From contig NIVC01002920.1 in NCBI GenBank assembly GCA_002269645.1, positions 19,062 to 83,061 on the forward strand: a DNA stretch of 64,000 nucleotides, in the 5' to 3' direction. The notes under the pieces were generated by a model that did not search any database, was not told where the DNA came from, and saw nothing but the letters and a program-made list of their open reading frames with translations. Source of the stretch: Macrostomum lignano. Its lineage: Eukaryota. The position numbers were made by a program, and so were the translations under genes. Of this stretch, positions 10,771 to 24,366 are shown piece after piece; within the stretch, counting starts at the first letter, position 1; the number at the start of each line of letters is the position of its first letter.

Positions 10771-12687
10771 TCCAAACAAAGATTCTCAGAATATTTGTTG
10801 GGATAGCCAATTCAAAAAAACCCGTGTGAATTGCTGGATATTTGCTTGGATGGCATAAAATGCCAGTCATATTTGAGCGCATCGAAGGTGATTGACAGCC
10901 AGGTAACGCGAAACCGCCGCGCATGATTGCATCTTAGCTAATAATTGGTTAAGCACTCTCCGAACGCATCTGGATCCCATTTAGCTCCACTCTGCCACAA
11001 GTATTCCATGAGTTTATATGCTATCGTGATATGATTCCGCTATCTTCCGAACGGAAAGTTGCAAAAGTCAAAATTCCATGTCACCTACATGTAGCTCTTC
11101 CTGCCATTCACAAATCCAATTCGAGGATAGCATGGAGGATTCGAGGATAAAGCTGGACAGTCAGAAAAAATCATGCAGTTTAGATGGAATTTCTACATCT
11201 ACCTCATAAATTGTATGCATTGAGAAGTCCCTTATTTAATTAAATTCTGTCAGCCATCGCAAATATGTAACAATTGTTTCCAGATTCATTTGCCAGCCCG
11301 AAAGATTATTCGGCTCAGGTATAACATTGATTTTTTCAGAGCGGGGCAGTAGTGCTTGCGCTGGTCTCTTTCCTGTATTTTCTTTTCCGCTCTCCTCATG
11401 GGCGCGCTGGATTAAGCGAGAACCGCAGCACGAAAGAAGATCTCTAACATTTTTGGTAGCTACAGCTACCAAATCCTCAGTGGCCACCCTTTGTATAACA
11501 AAGGAATGTGGAGGGCAGGTGGGTTTAGCAAAAAAGCATTCTTGTTTTCCCACCGTGTGTCTGGGCTTCAATGCAGCGAAGTCAAGCAGGTCCAACATGT
11601 TCAATGAGGAGGTCCAAAGCTTGGATGAAAAAAATCGATATTACTCGGCTCTGCATGATACAATATCGATTTTTTCAGAGCGGGTGGCTGCAGTAGTGTT
11701 TGCCCCGATCTCTTTCCGGCCTTATCTTCTCTCTTTTCTCCTCGTGGGTACCCTGGAGAGAGCGTCTCCAGCATTTTTCAGCAGTTATCCAGACAGCACA
11801 GCTTCAGTGTAGTGGATTTTTTACCTTTGTCAGAAGCCAGGTCTTGAGACAAGAATTTGGCCTCCAGGGTCTTCAGGTGCATACGCGTAGAATATTTTGA
11901 ATTTCTATAGAAGCCTTCTAATTTCAGCAAAGTTACTGTAAATTTAAAGTGCCATGAAATTTATTTATTAGCTACCTTGTACAGTTGATTCAATGTAGTT
12001 TATTCGGCATTTTAATTTCGACTTGGGACAGAACTTTTGCATGCACTGGAGCGCATTCCTTCTGGCAACTGGCACTTGGAGTTCTACGAGCTAATTAGAC
12101 TCGTGCTGTTTATAATATAAATTTACTGAGACAACTAGGAACATTTTTATGATACCTTATTTTTTAGGACGGTCAGGACCATGTGCTGATGTTGAATTAC
12201 GTTGGGCAGCATAAGAGATAAAATACTTCTAATCCTTCTTTAGAAACAATGAACATGGAATTAATAGGATTATGGTGGCAGGGGAAAATTCTCTTAAGTA
12301 TTATGTTGGAAGATATTCGAGCTCATTCGATACCCCTATACTACCGATATCTGTGGGAATAACGAATATAGAATCCACGCAATTATGAAGGAAGCGAATT
12401 ATTCCCCATTATGCTTACCACTTGTCTACCCAATCAAGTACCCCAGAATTGAAGCAGGAGTTGATGAGCAGGTTGCAGCAGCCGGAGGCTTCTTGTTAGA
12501 TTTCCTCATTCGCTGCATCAATCTTCGCCAATGAATGCCAAGGCATCACAGGAGAGTCTACTGATACAGATAAATACCAAAGTCCACAGTAAGCCACAAC
12601 ATCCCGCGTTTTCGCTCCCACAGCGGCAAAAAGAACGATTTCTGTATGTAAAGCTTTGCTGTTTTGCTTATCTAATCGGAAGTAAAA

Positions 12688-13599
12688 ATGGAAACTCTAC
12701 ATCTCATACCGCTAGTATTATATGCGATCGTGAGTACATTCTCTTCGGAAGTGATTGCTGATTGCACCCATAAGCAATTGCAGTACAAGCGACACGCATT
12801 TCGTCCGAACTGCTCTGACCTGATGACGCTGAGCACAGGAAGTGCTCAAGATTGCGTTATGGCTGCAGCTGTGTCTCCCGTCCAGTCTGCCGCGGTCGTG
12901 TCTACTTCCGAAGCCGAATGTCACGTGACCACCGCCCAGTGTCCTCGCTACCTGCTATGCTCCACCGACTGTCCCTACACTGTGCTCATGCCTGCCAGTG
13001 TACTCAACAGCCTCGAGCACATACGGATGAGCGTGAAGGGCGGCTGTGGTTACAAGATATGGGACGTGCTGACTGGGTCGGCATTGCCACCTGACCCTGT
13101 TGTCCAGCTGGCCCCTCCCAGCGCAGCTGCCCTGCCGAACGTCTTCCGCTCAAGCGTGCTGGACGACATGCAGCGCCTGATCTCCGGTCTGACCTTCAAG
13201 CATCTCATCGTGCAGCTGTACAAGAGCTCCACCGTGGTTGTGAGGCTTGTGTTCGATGTCCGGACGAACTCCGCCAGTGTCAACCTGACGAACTGGTTCA
13301 GAAAGGAGCGTCTCGTACAGAGCTTGCCTGTTACCAACCTCGCCAACATGACCACGAACTTCTTCAGCATCGAGGGCGCCACTGACTATACAAACTTGAG
13401 AAGATTTTTCATTAACTATAGCTACGGCGGATGCGACATTGACAAAGGGTTTATGGCTATTCTAGATTCGAAAATTGACGTTTGCTCCATGTACCAGTTT
13501 TCAGAGCCGATTCCTCGCATTGTCTTCAGTTCAGATCCGACAAAGTCGATGGCCTCAACACTTCAAATTGCCGACTACATGGCTATTCTAGTGCGCTAG
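12688..13599 (+). CDS. Intronless secreted protein, paralogue 3, 303 aa
   Basis: Same length and architecture as 8136-9047; central part nearly identical at the DNA level, ends divergent. Confidence 0.88.
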   Translation: METLHLIPLVLYAIVSTFSSEVIADCTHKQLQYKRHAFRPNCSDLMTLSTGSAQDCVMAAAVSPVQSAAVVSTSEAECHVTTAQCPRYLLCSTDCPYTVLMPASVLNSLEHIRMSVKGGCGYKIWDVLTGSALPPDPVVQLAPPSAAALPNVFRSSVLDDMQRLISGLTFKHLIVQLYKSSTVVVRLVFDVRTNSASVNLTNWFRKERLVQSLPVTNLANMTTNFFSIEGATDYTNLRRFFINYSYGGCDIDKGFMAILDSKIDVCSMYQFSEPIPRIVFSSDPTKSMASTLQIADYMAILVR

Positions 13600-13879
13600 T
13601 TTGATCTGTGCGTTCAGAATTGGTCACAATGCTGCTTTGACGGGCGAGTTATTGACACAAGTGATGTCGTCGGTGATCACTATGTGGCACTACTGAAAAC
13701 TTTTTACTAAACCTCAAAGCTAACGTAATTTTCATTTTTGTTGCTGTTAAAGGTCAAAAAGTCTAATTTGGGTGTCAAATTTCTTGTCTCGTATCTATAG
13801 TCAAGTATTTTATATAGATTTCTATACTTCTATCATTTTGTATCTCAAACTTGTTTATTGGGGGATATTAATCGCACGA

Positions 13880-14045
13880 ACACCCCCGGCCCTACCGCGT
13901 TGGGAAACACACTAGGGGTCTTGTCGCGAGAGTTATAAGCTTAGGAGAAAAAAGCTGTGTTTCCAACAAAGAACTAATTTTTGCGTTTTTTGAACAGATC
14001 TGTTGTAAGCCGTTTCTATTTTTGTTTATTAGCTACTGAGAACGA
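13880..14045. repeat. Dispersed non-coding repeat (second copy at about 26815-27045)
   Basis: Shared blocks ccgcgttkggaaac..actaggggtcttgtcgcragagtta and caacaaagaactaattt...gaacaga...ttattagcta.tgagaa. Confidence 0.65.
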
Positions 14046-14595
14046 TCACATGTAACGTTATATTCGTCCATTGTTAATAAATTTTCTCTGCATTATATTC
14101 AGTGACAGCAATTTTAAAGAAGTCCCTTAAAGTAGCTAGCTTTCCTCTTCAAATACACTTATTGCCTCCCTTTGAGCTCTTTGCAAACAGAAAAGTAACG
14201 ACTCTAAACTTTTTAAATTCACACCTTTTCAAGGCTTTGTATTGGAGCTCCTTAAAAAAAGAAAGTAAAGAGGTGCCTCAAACTTATGATTGGCACATAA
14301 CTTTAAAATTAGCTAAACCTTTTTCACCTGTAAGAAATTCGTCAAAGAATGAGCAGCCATTTAGCACATATGGATTTAATTGCAATTTGCATCAGCAGAT
14401 GCTGCAACTTAACAAGAAGATTCAGAATTGAAATCTGAAGTGCTACAAAAATTCTCATTGCAATTCTACCAGCTGCATAACTCTCATATTCGTATCTGCA
14501 ATGTTATGATAGTTGCCTATTCTCACTACGTATTGACGAAGAAAAATATTCTAAGCAAAATTACAGGTGTATATACAATGCCTGTTTGTCTGCCC

Positions 14596-14663
<68 letters not shown>

Positions 14664-14665
14664 GC
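14596..14665. repeat. (CTGT)n microsatellite
   Basis: Tandem CTGT run. Confidence 0.97.
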
Positions 14666-15716
14666 TTCAGGTCTGAATTTGGTGGCTACTGGTCTTCAGT
14701 CAGGCGAAACTCCTGGATTTTCAACAAGTGGCACCAGTTAACAAAGGACATCTACGAGTAGTTGGGAATTTTTACAGTGCCAATGGCCCAGCATCAACAG
14801 TAGGGATTGGTCTCTCACGAATTTATACGTCATCGTGAAGCTATCGACATCGACGTCTTCAACACGTAGCACCGACACACTGTTGTGAATATGTCAGACT
14901 CGTTTTTATCATAGACCCTGTTGTGAACTTTAATGATATATAATACAATTGTCAATTCACCATGCGATACGAGTACCTCAGACGCAAGAAAATATTTTAG
15001 ACTGAATATTTGTTCACCAAGTGACACAGTCCATGTGGGTGTGCAACTCCTAAGTGCACACCGCTGACAAAAACCTGCGGATGAATGCCGTGCAGATTTA
15101 CGCGGACGGGGCAGTACTCAAGCATCCTATTTACCAAAATTTGAGCTCATTAGATCGATGAGACCAACAAAGACGGCGGCTTGCACCAGTGCAGTAGGAT
15201 CAGTGTAGGCCGAATTGAGAGCAAAGCAAAACAGTTTATTTGTGAAAATTAATTTGAGTTGGTACGCTAGTAATACAAAATTTGACGTTATTAAAAACAG
15301 TTAAACAGTTAAAAACAGATAAATTTGTCTGTTACTATGTCTGAATGATATTAGCAAAAGCACATTCACATAGTTTAAAACAGTAATAATGTAAATTTAT
15401 CGATAACAATATTAAAATATTATTTGTTACAATACTTCGTTCGTTATAACTAAAACACATCCACATTATTACAAATAGCTAGTCATAATTCATAAAATAA
15501 AACTGTTTTCTACAATCTACAATACTGGATTTGTAACAAAACACTGCTTATTTTTCACATTGAGAAACAGCTTGCAGAGATGATTCCGTCTCAAATTTTT
15601 TTCAAACGTACTTAGGCTTGAAGAGCCTAAACGATCTATGTAGAAGTACTGTTAAGTAATTTATAACGTATGAAAATGTAAAAGTATGGCCAAGTTAAAA
15701 ACCAACTGCTTCTATG

Positions 15717-17007
15717 TCACTCGCAGACAGCGTACACGTCGAACTCGTCGTCATAAACGCCGATGAGGTCGTCAATGCCGCCGCAAGTGCCCACCATCGT
15801 GCCAACAATGGTATCGATAGCACTTTTCGCCTTGTCAATTTCTCTCCTTTGTTCGTCAGTCGGCGGAGGTCCGACATTCTCAAGGCCGAAGGTCGCTTTG
15901 GAGGCCTCTACCAGACCCCGCAGCTGGTCAAATTTGGCTCTGGCGGCTCTCTGGTCATCAGAAGCGAGCGCTGCTTGCAGGGCGGCCGCCTCCGCCCGCT
16001 TGCGAACTGCCAAAGCGGCCCAGTCGGCCTTCGGTGTGGCGGAGTTCAACAGGTCCTGAAGGCGCTTCTTCTCCATGTCGAGAAACTCAATCAGACCCAC
16101 GATGAGGCTGTTCCAGGGCTGCAGTGAAGCGTTGACTCGGTCAGCCTCTGCAGTTTGTTGCTGCACCCGATCGACCAGATTCGTACAATCGGCCTTGCGT
16201 TGAATTGATTTATTAAAGTTTGAAATATTGTATAAAAAGTGTAAATAAAGACTACTTCTGAAATTCAAAATTGCTAACTGTTGAGTCGACGTAAAAAATT
16301 CCAGTATTTGCAGCGGCAGAATGCTCTCGTACTTGACGTTTCATGCAAAGCAAGCAGAACAGGGAATAAACGTCAAACATTCCACTAGAGGCAAATTGAA
16401 ACGACTTTAATGCTGACTTTTACCTCGAACTGCATCCAATGAATGCTGAAGTGCCGGCTGCACAGCCGCCTGTCGCAGTGCCTGCACTTGACGAAGACAG
16501 GGATGGTGCACTGGCCAGCTTCGTCCTTCCACCGGCAGGTGGCGCCCTCTTGGGGTATCAGGTGAGAGGAACTGATGAGCCTCTCCATTGTGCTGTTCTG
16601 TAGCGGTTTGGTGCTAAGCTGGCTCCTGCATATTGGACAAGTGCTGGCTTCCCGAAGAAGCCGCTCGTAGCAGGGACGGCAGAGCGTGTGATGACTCGCA
16701 CACACGTAGAGAGGGTCAGTGAAAGTTCCCAGACACACAGGGCATTCTAGGTCTTTGTTAGTTTCTTCACCTGATTAAGATTGGATCGAATTGTAGAATG
16801 AGCAAGAATCTTTTGAAAAGCACCAATTATTCCACAATAAAACGACTAATCTTATATATTATATTATAGCAGTGCATTGTAATACATAGTAGGGCCTTAA
16901 TATAGTGCAAACCAATTTGAAAACTAACAAATCAGCATAAAAAATTTACCTGCATCGGTTTCATATTGACTGTAACAAAGGTTCAAATATACTCTTGAAT
17001 CAGCCAT
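15717..17007 (-). CDS. TRIM-like gene B: RING + B-box + helical region, no C-terminal C2 (about 293 aa)
   Basis: complement(join(15717..16193,16424..16770,16950..17007)) = 882 nt in frame. CPVCLGTFTDPLYVCASHHTLCRPC..CPIC; CRHCDRRLCSRH; LQPWNSLIVGLIEFLD. Confidence 0.8.
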
Positions 17008-18374
17008 GCCGTAATTTCTCAAACACCAACAAACTGGAGATTAAAAAGTCGTTTTCAATTTTTAACCAAAAGTTTAAACGGCCCTAAAACACTTATGTAG
17101 GAATAAAAAACAAGCAGTCCACAGGATGTACCGTCTTTATTATTCTTGCACTTTGCAGAAGCTTTTTTGCTTTTGATAGATTGTACGTACGAGAAAACAA
17201 TACTTGGATTTGGAAACTGTTCGTTTCTACTCGTATTTTAGTTTCTATTTTTAGAGCAGATAAAGTAGCTTAGTTATTAATATTTATTTCGCCACCTCAG
17301 TACTTTATGCAGACTGCATGTACATTCAGATTCAGTGGCTGCAATGCATTGGAAAAATAAAAGAAGCATCCTTAAGCATTTTACCACCATATAACTTCAT
17401 TGCCAAAGTGGCCTCGAGGTGGCCTCGTGTCAGCCAGCGATACGGTTATACCTGCAGTTATCGCTGAAGATGGGTTGGATAGAAAACTGTTTAATGTGAA
17501 GTAGAGGCTGTGGTAAAAAATATGCTTGAGAAGGCAGTGCGACCTTGTTGAGAATTCCGTTTCTTTTAATGCAGTGCTGTTGTCATTTAAAGATATTTTA
17601 TGCATTCAGAGTACATTTTTGTGCAGCGGAGGGCAGTTGCAATAGCATCTGTTTTTATCGGAGAGGTACTTTATTTTACATCTGCCTTTTATTCCTACAA
17701 TTTACGAGCGTATTATCTTAGCCTTGAAGAAACGCTTCTCATCGTACAATCAAACTCTGTAGCTGCCACTTTTGGCTTTCTGATTTTTGGTGCTAATTAC
17801 GGAGGAGCAATGCTTTTGGCTTTGCCAAAGCTAGTTCTGTTTAGCTAATCTCTCCAGTTCACGGTGGGCTCTTCTTTGAGCCTGAAGTTGAACATCAAAA
17901 AAGCTTAGTGTCAAAAATAAAAGAAGCGTCCTGTCAAACATAAGACCAACGAATTATTGCTGAGCTGTAAGGGCTCATGGGGGAATATCGGAAATGCCGT
18001 GACTTTCAGCAACTTACGGTTAAAGATAGGGTTAAAGTTAGGATTAGGAACCCTTAGGGTTAAAAAATGAAATGATGTCAAGACTCATGAGGGAATTGCT
18101 GAAATGCTGTGGCTCGTAGGGGTTGCTCAGATGCCAAGGGTCAATTGCGAGTTGATGGTAGGCCAAGCTAAAGGTAGATCAACGGGAGAGTTGGGATGAA
18201 GCCATGGCCTTAATGGAGGCTTTGATGCCTTTGGTAAAGCTGCTTTGATAAATAGGTCGCCTTTTCTGCATTAGAAAGCATACGAGAAGCTTCTGCAAAG
18301 CTTCGCTTTTGTGAAATGAAATCAAACGATTAACATAATTTATAAGTTAATTTAGACAAGATGTTTTACTTTCT

Positions 18375-18645
18375 AATAATAATAATAATAATTGATTACA
18401 CCTGCCAGATGTGCAACCGACAGCTCAGCCGCAGCTATTGCGCGGCGCATCTGAAGGCTGCGTACGGCTGTTCAGTCCAAGGACTGGGGCAGCTAATGCT
18501 GGCACCCATTTTACAGCTGGGTAAACTGAAGCAGTGCAGAGTTAAGTATCTTGCTCAAGGACACAAATTGTTCCAGTGGGATCAGAAATGGAACCCCCGA
18601 CCTTCAGGTCGTGGGTCCGACGCTCTGACCACTAGGCTACTATCC
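18375..18645 (-). mobile_element. tRNA-derived CORE-like SINE, copy 2
   Basis: Minus-strand A box tagcctagtgg, MIR-core-like cccattttacagctgggtaaactgaagca..agagttaagt..cttgctcaagg, (ATT)n tail. Confidence 0.78.
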
Positions 18646-20419
18646 CCTTTTTATTGAATATACTTTCAAGAAAAAAGAATATTTAATATCTATTTTTGTA
18701 TTCTCCACCAGCCTTTATTCTCCACTAGATTTACTTGATCTTGATGGAACTTGATCTGGATACTGCAGTTGACACCCATGCAGCTTTACATGTACAGCCA
18801 GAATTGTAACGAGAATGTTGCAAATTTTTGTAAGATTTATTTGTTTCCTGTTTAAAGCTATAGGCTCGGTTCATTATTTGAATTCAGATTCAGAATCCGG
18901 TTGTGAAACTCAAATAAGAAATCTACATGTGGCAGCTGCTTTACTTGTGAGAGTTTGCATTCGGCATCGGGTTAGTGCGACATGCAAACGTTTATATTAG
19001 CAGCTGCTAACTCTGATATTTAACACCGATCCAGACCGGGCTAACTAAAATTTTTCCCAGCGCGTTCACTTTTTTGTGGATGCTGCAAATGGAGGTTCTA
19101 TCCTATATTTAGTTTCGATGGGGAGGCGGCTTGCTGAGATACCAAGGGCCAATTGGTATTTGTTGTTAGGTCAAGCACAAAGGGAGAGTTATAGGGGAGG
19201 GGGCAAAGGGAGGCTTTGATGGCAAAGCTCGCGTGGGTGATGCTTTATTGCCCAAAGCATCATTTCCCTAAAATACTAACAATAGCGACTGTACAAGATC
19301 ATGGGGAAACTTCTAAAATTCTAAAATCCATTCTTTGTTGCCTCATCAATATAAACGCTGATTGCTAGTATATCTTTCTAATAATTAGCAAGGCCATGCA
19401 AAGCTAAATTTAAAGATTTTAATAACCAAAAGAACCAGATTTTGTAATGTCTAAAAAATCTGTTACGAATATTGTGAAATGTCTGCCCTGTCTTGACAGA
19501 AAGGAGACAGAAAAACTAATAATGGTGCTACTTTCGCAGATCCTTGTAAGTAGTATAATAGATATCACTACATTTACGCATCCAAAGCATTAAACTTGAA
19601 AGTGGAGCAAATCTTCATTGTCCAGTCAGAGGAAAGATAGAAGAGGTCAGAGGTGAGAGATGCATTTAATAGAGGTAAGAGAGAGAGAAGAGAGACCGAA
19701 TGAAATTTATATGCAACATTCAGCTTTTATGATTAGTTTATAATTTATAGTTTCACTAAATTAAGAGTTGACGTCACCAAGAACTGATACTGATACCTGC
19801 AATAATTTTGCGATTTCAGGGCCGGTTTTACTGGCTCTGTAATCGGTTTTAGTGACCGGGGCCGGTGCCTCTGCCAAAGCTCATAGAGGTGAGGTTTGGG
19901 TGGGGGTGAGGGTGCGGTGTGTGCAGTGTGCGTTGTGTGGGGTGGTGGGGGTTGGGGTCACGCTGGCCCTTTTATTCGCGCCTTCTGCCCCTCAGTGTTG
20001 GCATGCTTGGCTAAATCTTTTTTCTGTGTGCTTGCCTTTGCATTTATCCTCTGCTTTTATCCCTCTGATTTTACCCGTTTGCTTGTACGAGCTAACACGT
20101 TGATTTCGAGTCAAATACACTCGCTTCGCTGGGTTCGTTTCGCCCGCTTTTTCGTCTTCTCCTTGTTCCTTTCGGCCCGGTTGGCTAAATTTTATCTTTT
20201 CACACCTTGACTGTTTTCATCTATCTACGAGCGTACTATCGTAGTATCTGAGAATAATCTAATCAAAAAGACGAAACATATACATGTAGGAAAAATAGGC
20301 AATGCACGAGGTTAAGACAAGCATATGTAGTTTCTTTGTCACATGTGAAAACTGCTTTCCATGCGCACACTTACGCTTCTTTTTTCGTCCAGTGTTGCCT
20401 AAACGAATCTTAAAACAGA

Positions 20420-21960
20420 AACGATGCCCCGGTATGACCACAGCAGCGCCCTCAACGCGTCCTTGAAGCCGTAGCCGTCCTGCAGGTGCGTCTACAGGCC
20501 GACGACTTTCAGTAATGGTTGAAGCGCTCGAATGCAGCGTTGCCTTGCGGGTGGTAGTGCCGCGACTGGCGGTGCTGGGTGCCGCAGCGCTGGAGGAAGT
20601 TTTTGAAATCATCGGGCATGAACTGCGACCCGCCGTCCGTGCTGATGCTCTTTGGGAGTCCCCAGCGGCTGAACCACGTCGTTGGGGCGTTGATCACATC
20701 AGCTGTGGTCCCTGGGGACATGCAGGCTGCTTCTGGCCACTTCGAATGCGGGTCGTACAGCACCAGAATGAAGCGACATGAGTTCGGCGCCGAATGCAGC
20801 TCCCCGAAGATGTCGAGCTGAAGCTCCTCCCAAGGTCGCGTCGGCCACTTCGTCGGAGTCATCAGCCAGCACCGTTTTGGATGTCTTGAAGTTTTTCTCG
20901 CTGAGCAGGCAGGCCTCGCAGTGCCGCACGAACTCCTCGATTTGGCTGTCGATCTGCAGCCACCAGACCGAGTCCCCGCAGTGCTGCTTCATTCTGCTCA
21001 CTCCGAGGTGCTCAAAGTGGGCCAGCTGCAACGTCGTCTTTCTCAACAACGCGGGGATCACCGCGCGCAACCCATTCGCCAGGCACTTGCCTTCGTTCCA
21101 GACTGTGAGCTGCTCCTTGATCCGCCAGAACGGCTGCAGCTCCGGCCTAAAGCTGCTTGATGGAACTCGGCCAGCCCTCAAGCGTCATCTCGATCGCCTG
21201 GCTGATCACCGGGTCCTGTAGAGATGCCTCAGCCAGTTCGCTTGGGCTCACGATCTGCAGCGCGCCAGACCGCAGGACGGCGTTCACCTGGAGCTTCGCT
21301 GGGTCCTCCTCGCTGCTGTCGTTGCGCGCGCCGTGTTGCGACAAAAAGTCCGGAACGGTGTTCTTTTCCCCGGAACGTGGCAGACCTGGAAGTCGTACGC
21401 GTGCAGGCGGTCGGCCCACCGGTGCAGTCTTAATGGCAGGTGCCCGCTGCCCTGAGCCGTCAGCGACGTAGTCTGCGCTTGATGGTCCGTGTGCGACTCA
21501 AATCTCCGGCCGAACAGGAAATAGTGCCACCTCTCATAACTCTCATGCCTCTCGCATGCCAATGCCTCTCTTTCAGACGCGGAGTCGCTGACAGGGTTCG
21601 GGATGCAAACGCAACTGGTCTCCGGACGCCGGCGCAGTCTTCTTGAAGCAAAACTGAGGTCATTGCAGATTCGGATCTTACCGTCAGGATTTGGGACGAC
21701 CACCAGATTCGAGATCCACTCGGATGCCTGGATCTCCACGACGATCCTGTTGAGAGCCCCATCCTCCAGAGCGACGCCTACAGCTGAACCCTGTTGGGAA
21801 GCTGCGACCCCCAGGTCCCCAGTAGAGCTCCCGTCCCGTGTCCCAGGGAGACGCAGGAAAATGACAGAGCAGAACTCACGAGCTTCCGTGAAAAAGCCGA
21901 TGCAGTTCGCACTTTGCTATGGTAGACAAGTAAGTTTGTTTTGAAGTAGCCAACGATAGG
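20420..21960 (-). mobile_element. Degenerate Ty3/gypsy LTR-retrotransposon pol fragment (RT start, RNase H, integrase) with frameshifts
   Basis: WISNLVVVP.PDGKIRICNDL (RT); EREALAC..ERWHYFLFGRRF..HTDH..L, LHRWADRL (RNase H); H.G...MKQ...VWW..ID.QIE.FVRHCEAC (integrase zinc finger); PWEELQLDIFG, ISTDGGSQF, YHPQGNAAFERFN (integrase core). Pieces fall in different frames; no LTR identified. Confidence 0.9.
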
Positions 21961-23490
21961 ACCAAGAAAACGCAAGGCCGCGGCTGCCCAATAGACAGCA
22001 AATTTATTATATTATATTAACTGATATATAATATATATAATATATTATTAATTAATAATAATATATTATTAATAAATAAGCTCCATAATAATATATTATG
22101 GAGCTTATTTATTATATCAGTTATATCAGTTATAATATATACTTTCTTTATAATATTATAATATATATATAAGTTATAATATATTTAAGGTACTTTCTAA
22201 TGTATTTAAAAAGGTAAACTAACTCAGCTAGAGGCTGGATGTTTTTAAAGTATCTCACAGTTAAAAATATAAATTTCGGCACCCTTCTCTACTGCAAGTC
22301 GTCTCCGCTGCACATACATAAACTCTTACTCTTCTTGAACTTTTAAATTTGTCATTTATTCTTACCATTTTGCATCTTTGTCTTGATGAGATGATTTCAC
22401 CTTACATCATCTAGCCTCTACAAGAGTTATTTTACCTTTTTAAATTTCATTACAAATTTCGGAGAACTGCTTTTTTGGTTGAGCGTGTGCAGTGTTTGCT
22501 ATTGCTAGTTCTCCTAGCTAATGCTTCTTTGATAAAGTGGGCTTTTCTCTGAGCCTGAAGGTAAACGGAGGGAGCTAGTTAATAAACAAGCTGTATCACT
22601 TTGTACGCCTGATCTCTCTGGCGCTTTATGCTGGGCCTTTTCATCTCCTCGCTGCATCCGTCTCTTCAGGGCTACGAGTACTCTAAGATAGATTAAGTTC
22701 AACAAAGTTCAACATTGTTTAAGAACAATGGTTAATGCCTACACAGCCTGGGGATCATCGTTTTACGCACAGACTTTCAAAATCAAGAGAAAAGTACGAA
22801 TGCTCTTACAAGAAAACATTTAGCTCGTGTTTAGTCTTGCAATCCATCTTATAGCTACGCTTTTTTGAAACACAGAATAGATAGAAAAAGACAAATAGTG
22901 GTTGGTACTTTTGCATATCCTTGTAAGTAGCATGATAGATGCTTTCGCTGGGTTTCGTAGTAGATTTGCTCACGTATGCGTGAGGAAAATGTTTTGCTGG
23001 AATTTTTATATTTTAGAATTTTACACGTACTAAAAATTGGATACTCAAACATATATTTCAGCAGTATAGTTAAAATATGGAAGAGCAGGGCAGCTATTGA
23101 AACAGTAAACTACACTGGAATAAATAATTTACGGGTTTATAATAAGTGTTTTATATGCATAAATTAGTTTTACCTGTGTGCAGTTGCAGCTACACTCATA
23201 CAAAAACTAGCTACTTAGGAAGTTTACAAGTTAAAATTTTATTTGCTTCAAAAAGTGAGCTTGAGTTTAGGAACTGAGGAGCCTGGTGCATTTCTAAATG
23301 TCACTGAAGTCATTGTGGAAATAGCAGACAAACTGCTAAATGGTGCTGGGGTTGGTGATAGTGAGGAAAAAATCTACATTCCTGAAACTCCTCCGACTTC
23401 ATCGGGAATGCTGTAAGTTGTATGTCCTGAGTTAACTTCTTGCTTTTTTGTCATGGCTTTGAGACATAGCAATTGTTTGCTGCAATAGGA

Positions 23491-24366
23491 TTATTCTGGG
23501 ATGCCACCGCAAGTTTTAGTTGCAGTGTCGATTACGGTGTCCAGCTTTGATTTACAAGCTTCAATTTCCTTTTTCTGCTCACTGGTTGGAGGCGACCCGA
23601 AAGCTTTCGATTCCAGCTTGGGCGCTTCAGCAGTAGCAGCTTTCAGCCGGTCTGAGATGGCTTTGGCTTCCTTTAGTTGGAAAGATTGAAGGGATTTTTT
23701 CAGGCCCTCCGTCTCAGCCCCTCGGGAGGACCCGGCAGCTGCCTGCTCCAGCCTCTGCTCTGTGGCTCTCAGCAGCTTCTCCAGGTGCTCTTTTTTCTTA
23801 CCGATAAATTCGATAAGATTTTTTATTTGAGCTTTCCAAGGCTGCAGTTTAGCGCTGACTTGTTCGCATTCCTTTGCGTCCTTCTCCACTGTGCTTAACA
23901 GGTTCAGGCATTCAGTCTGAAATATAAGCGTTCCGTTTTATTAATTTGAATTTGAATAAATATTAAATATGTTAGCTTCCATTACTTGAAACTTCAACCG
24001 ATGATCGCTGAAGTGCACATCGCAAAGATTCTTGTCGCAGTGACCGCAGTTGACAAGGACCGAGTAGGAGCATTGGGTTTCGCCTTCGCCTTCGCCTTCG
24101 CAGGTGGCGCCGAGCAGCGCTTTCGAACAGAAAACCTTAATGAGCTTGGCCATGGCGGCGTCCTGCTTAGGTGTGATCAGCTTCTCTCGGCATTCCGGAC
24201 ACTTTGCTGCATAAGGGGTTGTCTCTAAAATGCCTCTGTGGCATTCCCGGCACACGGTGTGGTGGTTCGGGCACACGAAGCAGGGATCAGTAAAAATGGT
24301 TTTGCACACTGGGCAGCGCAGGTCTTTTATGTCTACTGAGCTCACGTCTAAAACTTTAGGGGTCAG
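23491..24366 (-). CDS. TRIM-like gene C: RING + B-box + helical region; canonical start codons mutated (possible pseudogene)
   Basis: Exons 23986..about 24366 and 23491..23916, 69-bp intron, in frame. Positions that are ATG in paralogues D and E read CTG (24366) and GTG (24345). Confidence 0.7.

Noticed and set aside
12380-12560. Minus-strand peptide LAKIDAANEEI*QEASGCCNLLIN as a decayed tenth TRIM-like fragment
   Set aside because: Similarity to the helical domain is too weak to support by eye, and no RING or B-box remnant lies nearby.
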